Of a stretch of 64,000 bases of DNA, positions 14,903 through 27,299 are shown in pieces. How positions within the stretch are numbered: position 1 is the first letter of the stretch; every line of letters begins with the position of its first letter. Below the pieces are notes generated by a model. It was not told the DNA's origin. It made no database searches and saw nothing but the letters and a program-made list of their open reading frames with translations. The translations under genes were made by a program, and so were the position numbers. This DNA comes from Octopus sinensis (lineage: Eukaryota), in assembly GCF_006345805.1 (NCBI RefSeq), contig NC_042998.1, positions 195,052,001-195,116,000 of the forward strand. The letters run 5' to 3'.

Positions 14903-15283
14903 GTTTAACGTCCGTTTCCCAACTTGCACGGGTTGGACGGTTCAACCGGGGGTCTGGGAAGCCAGGTGGCTGCACCAGGCTCCAGTCTGAGCTGGCAGTA
15001 TTTCTACAGCTGGATGCCCTTCCTAACGCCAACCACTCCGCAAGTGTAGTGGGTGCTTTTTACGTGCCACCGGCACAGGTGCCAGGGGAATCTGGCATTG
15101 GCCACGATCAGTTGGTGCTTTTAACATGCCACCGGCACGGAAGCAAGCCAAGGCGGCGCTGGTATCGGCCACGTTTGGATGGTGCTTTTATGTGCCACTG
15201 GCACAGAAGCCAGTCGAGGCGGCACTGGCATCGGCCATGTTTGGATGGTGCCTTTTATGGCAAAAGACACAGGTATCACAACT

Positions 15284-15323
<40 letters not shown>

Positions 15324-15502
15324 GCAGCCATCTATTTCAGCAGTCCTTAGTCAAATCGTCTAACCCATGCTAGCATGGAAAGCAGACGTTAAACGATGAT
15401 GATGATGATATATATGTATGTATAATACAGTATATTATCTTCATATATAGCGTTAGAGAATGATTGTAACCCAAATGTAATGCAATATAATAGTATTATT
15501 AC

Positions 15503-15533
<31 letters not shown>

Positions 15534-18500
15534 TATACACATATACACATCTAAGGTGGCGAGTTGGCAGAATTGTTAGCATCCTGGACAAAATGCTTAG
15601 AGGTATTTCGCCTGCCACTACGTTTTGAGTTCAAATTCCACCAAGGTCTACTTTGCCTTTCATCCTTTCAGGGTCAATAAATTGAGTACCAGTGAAACAC
15701 CGGGGGTCATTAAAATCGACTAATCCACTCCTCCAAAATTACAGGCCTTGTGCCTATAATAGAAATGCTTATTATACATATGTATATCTCTTGCACCTTA
15801 CAGATGTCGCTGTCAACACAGAAATTATACAGTTGAATGCCTATGATGCTGATCAGAGTGCAAAAGTACAGTTTTCATTCGCAGAACCATCAAATGCCAT
15901 TAACCCTAATGGTTTGACTGTAACTAAGGCAGACTTTGATTACACAGTAAGTGCCTCTTCATTTCATCGCCTTCTACACCTCTTCATTTTCCTCTTCAAA
16001 ACTCTATCAATACTGTTGCAACCATCCATCCATTGTCTCACATCTCCATACTACCATCCTCTAACTCTCTTGTAACTACCTTCTACTAATCATTACATAT
16101 TCACATCACCATTGCTTACCTCTACTATAGCTACTAACAACTATCATCAAATACCTATTTCGATTTCTTAACCACCCACAAGGGGATAAACGCAGAGACA
16201 ACAAACAAGGACAGACAAAGGGATTAAGTCGATTATATCGACCCCAGTGCATAACTGGTACTTATTTAATCAACCCTGAAAGGATGAAAGGCAAAGTCGA
16301 CCTCGGCGGAATTAGAACTCAGAACGTAAAGACAGACGAAATGCCTATTTCTTTACTACCCACAAGGGGCTAAACACAGAAAGGACAAACAAGGACAGAC
16401 AAAAGGATTAAGTCGATTATATCGACCCCAGTGCATAACTAGTACTTATTTAATCGACCCCGAAAGGATGAAAGGCAAAGTCGACCTCGGCGGAATTAGA
16501 ACTCAGAACGTAAAGACAGACGAAATGCCTATTTCTTTACTACCCACAAGGGACTAAACACAGAAAGGACAAACAAGGACAGACAAACGGATTAAGTCAA
16601 TTATATCGACCCCAGTGCATAACTGGTACTTATTTAATCAACCCTGAAAGGATGAAAGGCAAAGTCGATCTCGGCAGAATTTGAACTCAGAACATAGCGG
16701 CAGACGAAATACCGCTAAGCATTTTGCCCAGCGTGCTAACGATTCTGCCAGCTGGCCACTTTATGTCTATACCAGCATCACCTTCCCCTACTGTTATAAA
16801 GATCTACTGACATTGCCATCACACATCTGTACCAGCATTCCATATCTGTACCACCACGACCACGACCACCACTACCACAACGACGACCACCACACCCACC
16901 ACCACCACCACCACCACCACCACCACCACCACTGCCATATACCACTCTTCTAGCTACCATCACATGTCCATACCATCTTCTCCTAAATCTGCCGTAACTT
17001 CCATTCACTACCATCACACATTTGTACCATCTTTCATCATTACCACTTACTCTACAATAGCTATATTTGGATGTCTATATGGGAATCGGTTGCCTCTACA
17101 ATAGCTACCATCACATGTCCATATCACTACCACCTATTTCTACTTTAGCTACATTCACATGCACATACCACTATCACCAACTCTCCTCTAGATTCTTTTA
17201 CACTACCACTAGATACCAATACCACTGTGACTTATATCTACTTTAGTTACCACTCCTGTTTATAGCGCTATGACCTTACTCTATTCCAAGAAACCATTAT
17301 CTACATCTGATATACTGGAAATTATTATTGAGCTGGTGTGAGGATTTGAACCCCAACTGCAAGATATTCAGTTAGCCACCACAGTTTCATGAGATCGATC
17401 TATAAATCAACCAATCGACATGCAGCTGTGGTATGATTTGTGGCTCCTCTGCTGATCTAAAATTCATCCCCTTTCTCATCCTATAAAAATCATTTAGCAT
17501 CTAATTCAGCAACACAGCTTCGGGCATTTGAGTAAAGGCAGACTGTCTAGACAAGACATCTTGGACACTCACAGAAGGCAGACTGCTAAGAGCAAACCAC
17601 CTTGAAAGCTCACACGTGCTGTACTTTAGCTGACCTTCGTGAGTCACAGCATTGTTCTTTCCACCCAGTCAGTGTTTATATAATATCTACATCTTTTTTT
17701 CAAAACATGGCGAACACAATAAATCATGTCCAGCAATAAACATGTTAAAAGTTAAAACTTCCTGAGTTACATCCAGCTAGACCATGTGATGATGGTCATC
17801 AACAACACAACACACACCAACAAAAAGCCAACATGACAACAGCATGGAACTCAATTATGTTCTCTTTTTGTAAATGTAAGAATTTGAGAGCAATAGGCTT
17901 GTCCCTTTCTATGGACAACAACAACAGGAGGCGCAATAGCCCAGTGGTTAGGGCAGCGGACTCGCGGTCGTAGGATCGTGGTTTCGATTCCCAAACCGGC
18001 CATTGTGTATGTTTATTGAGCGAAAACACCTAAAGCTCCATGCGGCTCCGGCAGGGGGTGGTGGCAACCCCTGTTATACACTTTCGCCCCAACTTTCTCT
18101 CACTCTTTCTTCCTGTTGTCCCCGACTTCCTATGCAACTGCTGAGCCTGGATGCGCATTCATCCATCCGTCGATGCCCTCGGTGTAGGGGATTGACCTGC
18201 TTTCTCTTCTGCGGGTCTTACGGATAGCAAAGGCCCACGTTTCAGACTTCTCCCATCTTGCAAGCTCTGGGATGAAGACCGCTTCGCTCAACAGCAACAG
18301 CAACAACAACAACAAAATTTAATATATTTATGAACATAAAAAAATATTGTCTCTTCTTTTCTCATTCTTTGCTTTCAGAATTTATTTAGGATGGATCCAG
18401 ACACTGGTAAAATCTTCATTGCTAAGGATTTAAACCGAGACCGAGTGAGTTTGATTACTCACACAGTACAAGCAGTCGATACAGCTGGTGTGGATCAAAC

Positions 18501-19656
18501 AGGCACAGGTGAGTGTAGTAAAGTCTCATGCAGGTTCTAGTATAGAGATTATCTTCTATGTTTCATCAAGTGGATGTTTGTGAGTGAGTAAAGTGATAAT
18601 ATCGACTCACATAAAATTGATTGGTTCTTCACGCTGAGAGTTGCTGAAGCATGGAACAAACTGCTGGCATCAGTTGTTAGTTGTCGGAGCATTGTATCCT
18701 TCAAAACTTCCATGCTTCCTGAGATTCGCCAACACTACACTTGATTTTCTCCCCTCCATATACACGCAAACATGTATCTGACTCATACATTGTTCGCTTT
18801 CCAGACATTTCTACATTACTGCATGTACTTTATATGCACTTTCTGACAAGTTGTGGTGCACCTGAGCACTGTATACAATAATTTCATTATTATTATTATT
18901 ATATTATTGAACACTCTTTCCCTTACATTAATGGCTCCATATTAGAACTAGTGATTTCTTACAGACACTGCTATTAATATTTTTTTGAGGAATTTCCAAC
19001 TATCAACCAAATAAAATAGTTTATATCTCACCCTGGAAAATAGTCACATACTGAGAAAAAAACATCAGTTATTCATCATCCTTAAAACTTCATTAATGAT
19101 TGCCATGTTCCATCTTTTTGTTCATCATTCATCGTTTAACGTCCGCTTTCCATGCTAGCATGGGTTGGACGAATGACTGAGGGCTGGCGAACCAGATGGC
19201 TGCACCAGGCTTCAATCTTGATCTGGCAGAGTTTCTACAGCTGGATGCCCTTCCTAACGCCAACCACTCCGAGAGTGTAGTGGGTGCTTTTACATGCCAC
19301 CGGCACGAGGGCCAGTCAGGCGGTACTGGCAATGACCTCACTTGAATCTTTATATACATGCCACAGGCACAGGTGCCAGTAAGGCGATGCTGGTGACGAT
19401 CACGCTCAAATGGTGTCTTTTACATGCCACCAGCACGGAGGCCAGATATCCGCTCTGGCTACCAATATCATACAGAAGATAAAGAAATATCACATAGTTT
19501 TGGCTGTGAATAGGTGAATATATCATATCTTATACATTACGATTGAATAGATAAATATGTGTAACATTTTTAACAGCTCTTTAAAACAATCAATAAAATA
19601 TTGATAGCTAACTGTATTTTGATGAGTTTTTGGATACTTTTTCCATGGAAATTGTC

Positions 19657-19704
<48 letters not shown>

Positions 19705-22700
19705 AATCAAAATCAAAAATCAAAATGAGGGTGAAAAATAGGATATTCCCTCATATATTTATATATATATATTTATATATAGAATAATTGAGTAGTTGAA
19801 TGAATTATCTTATTATGGATAATTCGGTTAACCGATACCTGGGTAGCAAATTCACGTCAGAAAAACACGGTTGAAGCTACATGCCTAGAGCAGAGATCAC
19901 GTGCTATCATGTGGAAATTTGTGTGTTTTTTTAAATACAAATAAATGAAAGAATGGAGTTGAACGACGAATTAACAAAATTCCTGTATTTTATTTATATA
20001 TTTATATATATATATTTTATACGTCAAATAGTTTCATTCACATGTAATTTGAATTTTATACATAATTCCAATGAGTTGAGTTTGAGACTTCATGAATAAG
20101 TTGTTGCATATGTTATTGTGTAATGCTGCAATATTCATGAGATTATATTGCAATGAAACAATTGTAAATTGATGTAATAAAAGGACTTATGACTTGCTCA
20201 TCCTGTTCTTGTTTGTAAATGTAAAAATTGTCTACAGACACTTGTGGATTTTTCAGTGGGTGATTGATAAAACAAACCTTCTCCGGATTACTGATGCAGG
20301 CATGACTGTGTGGTGAGAAGTTTGCTTCCCAGTCACATAGTACTGGGTTCAATCTCACTGTGTGACACCTTGGGCAAATGTGCCTTGTGAGTGGATTTAG
20401 TAGATGAAAACTTATGAATATCTGTATATGGATATATCAATATGTATTTGTCTTTTGTGTTTGATTTGGCATGGTCTCTATGGCTGGATGCTCTTCCTAA
20501 TACCAACCACTTCCCAGAGTGTGCTGGCTGCTTTTACATGACACTGCATGGGTGCTTTTTCACATGGTATCGCATAAGGCGGCAAGCTGGCAGAAACGTT
20601 AGCATGCCAGGCGAAATGCGTAGCCATATTGCGTCTGCATATTCTGAGTTCAAATTCCGCCAAGGTTGACTTTGCCTTTCATCCTTTTGGGGTCGATTAA
20701 GTAAGTACCAGTTATGCACTGGGGTCAATATAATCGACTTAATCCATGTGTCTATCCTTGTTTGTCCTCTCTGTGTTTGGCCCCTTGTGGGTAGTAAAGA
20801 AATAGGTATCGCATGGGCCCTTTTATACGACACCACATGTGTGCTTTTATGTGGCACTGCATGGGCACCTTTACATGACTGCTTCTTTGTGACACCATAT
20901 AGGTGTTTTTATGTATCAATGCACAAGTGATTTTACTTGACACTGCCATGAGTGCTTTATGCCACCAAAATATTTGATCTTAACACTTCTGATTTGGGGT
21001 TATGGGGCTTCTTGAGTATGGCAAGGCACCAGGTATCTCGATCCTGTCATCTCACCTGAAAAGTTCAGCTTCCTGAGGTTGTCTTCAGTACTTCATCCCA
21101 TGTCTTCCTAAATTTCCCACTTCCGTGTGTTCCATATGTACACATATATATTTGAAAAGTGTTATTTTTCAGGTACCATCATTATAAATATATTAGACGT
21201 GAACAAAATACCACCAAGGTTCACTCAGCCATGGACTCCATCGACACCTTTCTACAGAGTTACCTTGAATGAGGAACAGTCAGTTGGTAGTTCGGTAATA
21301 ACACTGAATGCTATTGATGATGACGGTTCGATTGAAGGTTATGAACTAGCAGAGACCAAGGGATATTTTGTTGCCAATAAAGGTTTGCCAATATTTGTTT
21401 CACTTATTTCTCTTCCTTTTTGTTATATACTTTGTTTTAACTTTAATTTGTGTGCGTGTGTGTTTGTGCATATTCTTACAACCCAGCTGCCATTGTTTCA
21501 GTAAAGCTTATATTTGTTAAGCCACCGTACAAAATTAATATATATCATCCTCATCATTTTCATCTTTTAACATCTGCTTTCCATGCTGGTATGGGTTGAA
21601 TGGGTTTACAGGAGCTGGCTAGGCAGAAGACTGCATCATGGCTTACTGTCTGTGTTGGCATGGTTTTTATGGCTGGATGCCTTTCCTTATACCAACGACT
21701 CCATGGAATAGGCTTAGTAAGCATTAACTTTGCCAAAACAAAGACAGGTGTGTCATAAGAATATGAATAGATATACACATACATATCTATGTGTGTGTGT
21801 GTGTGTGTGTGTAATCCCTAAGTTAAAGACATTAATATTATTAAAAGTTACAAACTAAAATATTCAAATAAAGTATTATTGTAAGTTAAAGACATTAATA
21901 TTATTAAAAGTTACAAACTAAAATATTCAAATAAAGTATTATTGTGAACAATATTCAAATAAAGTATTATTGTTCACAGTAATACTCTATTTGAATAATA
22001 TTAATGTCTTTAACTTAGGGATTACATTACAGGTTTTGTTTCTTTATATATATATTTTTATTCCTTATCATATTATGAGGTAAGTTAAGCTTTTAGTTTT
22101 TAGGTTTTTTTAGAAATTTGACCTGAAGAGTGACTGTTTTTGGGAGTAAAATAATTTTTCCATTCTAATGAATTTGGATATGGTTTTCTTATATGATTTT
22201 ATATAGTCCTAATGCAGCCACAAAACACGTGTAGTCAATGTACAAGTACTTACTTTTATACATTATATTATTGTATTAATTTTATTGTTCAATTTATACT
22301 TTATTTGATTTTAGATTAATATTTTTATGATGACTGTTTTCTTTGTATGGTATTCACTGTGATTTTAAAAGTATTTGCTCTGATATATTATATGACTGTA
22401 ATAATCTTACTGTTCAATATTATATATTATTAAAATTTTAGATTAGTATTTTGTATGGTATATGTCACACAGCATGGTTTGGACGGGTTCTTCATTGACT
22501 GAGTTGTGGTTCGTCTCTAAATTTACATATATTATATATTATATATTATGAAATTCAGTAGAATATGATTATACTGAATTTTACCTGTAAGGTTGGAATA
22601 ATAATTTATTCCCTAATATTATTATTATTATAATATATATATATATATATATAATTAAATAAGGGTAGAAATTGATATTAATCAATTAAAACCAGTGGCC

Positions 22701-25700
22701 TAGCATATTTAAAAAAATCCGAAGATTAAAAATTTTTTACATACAAAATTTAGAGGATTGACCGCTAAAAGTGGACAGCCTGTATGCTAGATATAGACGT
22801 GAAAATCGCCATTTTCCACGAAGAATGTGTTCTCAAGAAAAAATTAACCAAAAAGCACTTTTGGTTTTTTGCTGAATTTTTTTCTTGAGAACATTTTCTG
22901 TGGAAAATGGAGATTTTGACATCTATATCTAGCATACAGGCTGTCCACTTTTAGTGGTCAATCCTCTAAATTTTGTATATATATATAATGATATGTATGT
23001 ATATATCTATGTGTGTGTGCCTTTGTATCTATGTTTGTCCCACCCCATCATCGCTTGACAACTGGTGTTGGTGTGTTTACATCCCTGTAACTTAGCAGCT
23101 TGGCACAAGAGCCTGATAGAATAAGTACTAGGCTTAAAAAGTAAGTTCTAGGGTCAATTTGTTCAGTTAGACCCTTGTAGGTGGTGCTCCAGTATGGCTG
23201 CAGTCAAATGACTGAAACAAATAAAAGAATGAAAAAATAAATATGATGGGCTTCTTTCAGTTTCTGTCTACCATATCTACTCACAAGGCTTTGGTTGGCC
23301 TGAAGCTATAGTAGAAGACGCTTGCCCAATGTACCACGCAGTAGGACTGAACTTGGAACCATGTGGACGGGAAGTAAGCTTCTTACCACACGGGCACATA
23401 ACACATATAAGTGCACAGACACATATACATACATGCATGTATACATACACACATATGCTGTTGCTGCTGATTATGATATTTGTACAAACACTATACCACT
23501 CTTGTGAACACCAGAATCTACAGGTGTGCCAAAGTTGACTGGACAGTTAAGAGAAAGAGAGATAGAGAGAGGGGGGAGAGGGAGAGAGAGAGAGAAGGGG
23601 GAGAGAGGGAGAGAGAGAGGGGGAGAGAGGGAGAGAGAGAGAGAGAGAGAGAGAGCATGTCCAGAAATCCAAGCCACAGTATAGATTGTGCAGTATGGTC
23701 CTCACTTGTGGAGGCACATGGCCTAGTGGTTAGAGCAGCGGACTTGCGGTTGAAGGATCGCGGGTTCGAATCTCAGACCGGGTGATGTGTGTGTTTATGA
23801 GCGAAACACCTAAGCTCTATGCGGCTCCGGTAGAAGGTAATGGTGAATTTCTGCTGACTCTTTCACCACAACTTTCTCTCACTCGGTCCTCCTGCATCTT
23901 GCACCCCACCTGTGATGGACCAGCGTCCCTTCCAGGTGCTTGATCAGAACTGAATTAGGATCAAACAACAATAGAAATGTTACTGTAAAAGAAAGGGTAA
24001 ATATTGATAATTATAATCGTAATGTATATCTCTATGTATTCTTCCCTCTATTTATCCATGTTAGGCGTGGTAACTGTGAATAAGCGAATTGATTTCGAAG
24101 TTATTGAAGATCTCTCATTCTTGGCCTATGCTTGGGATAATGTTGAACCCAAAATGACTGCCACAGCCACTGTTTTAGTCACAATTAAGAACATAAATGA
24201 TAATAATCCATTATTCAAGGCTGTAAGTAACATTTCAGTTATTTCAAAACATCATTTGTGATTTATTTTTTCATATGTACTTTCGTATATGTTTTCTATA
24301 TATTTTTCCTTTTTCCATATACATTATATTGTTTCTGCATTTGGACCAGTCATGACACATCATAAATTCTGTGGAGATCACGATAAAAAACCCACAAATT
24401 TGAGGTCATGGCACAAGCTGACAAATTTTGTGGAGGTCACAGTATAAGATCATAATTTTTAGAGATTACAGAAGGTTATAAATTTAGTCACAAGGAGGTC
24501 ATGTCACATTGTCAAATTTTTTGGAGATTATAAATTTTGCTGAGATCACAACATATGGTTACAAATTTTAGAAAGTTTAAGGCATAGGGTCATAAATTTT
24601 GAGGCAATCATGAAATAAGGCGGCAAATTTGAAAGTGATAACAAAACCAAACTGCATCTTATCTAGCCTAACTCTCTCCCTAATTAGTTGGGCTATGACC
24701 CTCACTGTAACTATATATAGCTTTAACATCATTTACCTACAGGATCATTGAAACATGCATGATAAGCCACCTATGGAAGAGGATACTTTCTTATAACATT
24801 ATCAGCATGGAAAAAGAAGACATCTGGTGCCAATGCAGGAGCATGTCTTACTTTTTCCAAAAACTCATAATGCCTGCATCAGTATTGAGAAATGTACTGT
24901 TAGGAAACCAAGTAGCTATTGGTCAATGCTACTACAGCCAACACTGAACTTCCAGATGTTGAGCAATCCTGTCAGGAACTCGCAAACACAATCAGTGCAA
25001 TCCCAGTGCAGAATTTTCTCTTAATTGGTGGGAATTTTAATGCTCTGCTGGGACATACAGATCCACTCTTCACTTTAGCAAAAGCACCAATAGAAACAGT
25101 AAAGACACGAAGGCCTTCATGAAACAGAACAACCTTGTTGCTGTTAATCAGCAACTACCTGAAGAAGAAGAAGAAATAATTGTTTGCTCCTTTAACCCTT
25201 TCGTTACCAACCCGGCCAAAACCGGCTCTGGCTCGGTACAAATGTCTTGTTTTCATAAGTTTTGCATCAAAATCTTCCACCAAACCTTAGTCACAATTTA
25301 TGTTCCTAACACTAGCTGAATGATAGCTAAGTTATTTTACTAAATTCTTTGTTATATTTAAAGCAATTGAAAGAAACACAGAGCATATTAAAATAAATGC
25401 AGTAATGAAAGGGTTAAAATAAATAAAAGAGAAACAATTCTTAACCCTTTTGATAGCAACCTGGCTGAAACTGGCTCTGGCTCTGGCTCTGTAGTACAAA
25501 TGTCTTGTTTTCAAAAATTCTGAATTAAAATCTTCCACCAAACCTTAGTCACAATTTATGTTCCTAACACTAGCTGAATGATAACTAAGTTATTTTACTA
25601 AATTCTTTGTTGCATTTAAAACAATTGAAAGAAACACAGAGCATCTTAAAATAAATACAGTAACGAAAGGGTTAATGAAATGAACAACAAATATTTACTT

Positions 25701-27028
25701 CATCGAGACAGTAACGAAGAGGTTCAATAATTAAATCTGATTAATGAAAACAGGGGAGATAACCCTGATATCTCAGTTCATATAAAATTAGAATTATGCT
25801 TCCAATGAGGGGAAAAAGTCAGCACAAGTTCTAACTTAGAGTGTCAACTATGGACATGTTTCAGTTTTATTAAAACTCCTCACCATTTTCCAATTAATAA
25901 TTCACTGATAATTTCATATTTCCCTTTGTTTCAGCCAATTTACAGTTTCTCTATCGAAGAAAACTCCCCACCAGGTGAGAAAGTTGGATTCGTTTCAGCC
26001 TCTGACGTAGACAAAGGAACATATGGAAATGTACTTTATAGCATTGAAGATGCCACAAAAAGTTTTGGAATAGATACCTTCACGGTAAGAATTTCTATTC
26101 TTTTGACAATTTGTTGGAATAGAAGTGGGTAGACTGGGGAACAACTGACATTCATATATTTTCAAGATCACTGGTATTAGAAAGGGTTTGCATATTTTTA
26201 TTTAACACAAGATTATATTTATTTTCCAGCTGGGATAATTACTGTTTCCCTTACAAGATAAGAATAACCTCAGTCTACTAGAAACAGCAGCTAAATACTC
26301 CTCACCATCTTAGAAAGGTGTATATTGAATTATGTATTCCCAGTTTTCATGCACATAGAAAAAAAGATGAGATGACCACAGGGCTGATGGAGGTGTAATA
26401 GCAATAAAAATTGTTTTCTTTGGCAAGGAGAGAGCATTTCCACCAGCATTTCCCAATCTTTTTATTCTGGTAGAACTCTTGAAATAGATTGCATTCTCAA
26501 GGAAACCCAACATAAAAATTATATATTCTTTTTACTTGTTTCAGTCATTTGACTGCGGCCATGCTGGAGCACCGCCTTTAATCGAGCAACTCGACCCCAG
26601 GACTTATTCTTTTTGTAAGCCCAGTACTTATTCTATCGGTCTCTTTTGCCGAACCGCTAAGTTACGGAGACATAAACACACCAGCATTGGTTGTCAAACA
26701 ATGCTAGGGTTAGACACACACGCATATATATATATATATATATACATATATACGACGGGCTTCTTTCAGTTTCCGTCTTCCAAATCCACTCACAAGGCTT
26801 TGGTCGGCCCGAGGCTATAGTAGAAGACACTTGCCCAAGGTGTCACGCAGTGGGACTAAACCCGGAACCATGTGGTTGGTAAACAAGCTACTTACCACAC
26901 AGCCACTCCGGCGCCTATGTGTTTATTAATCTTTTGTTTCTCTTTCATAATGTTAAATTTCATAAGAAATTAAGCAAGTCATAAAACTTTGGTAGTGTCG
27001 GTAGATGGAAACTCAGAGAAGCCCGTTT

Positions 27029-27059
<31 letters not shown>

Positions 27060-27259
27060 ATATGTTTGTGTGTCTGTGTTTGTCTCCCCCCAACATCGCT
27101 TGACAACCGATGGTGGTGTGTTTACGTCCCTGTAACTTAGCAGTTCGGCAAAAGAGACCGATGGAACAAGTACTAGGCTTACAAAGAATAAGTCCTAGGG
27201 TTGATTTGCTCGACTAAAGATGGTGCTCCAGTATGCCCGCAGTCAAATGACTGAAACAA

Positions 27260-27299
<40 letters not shown>

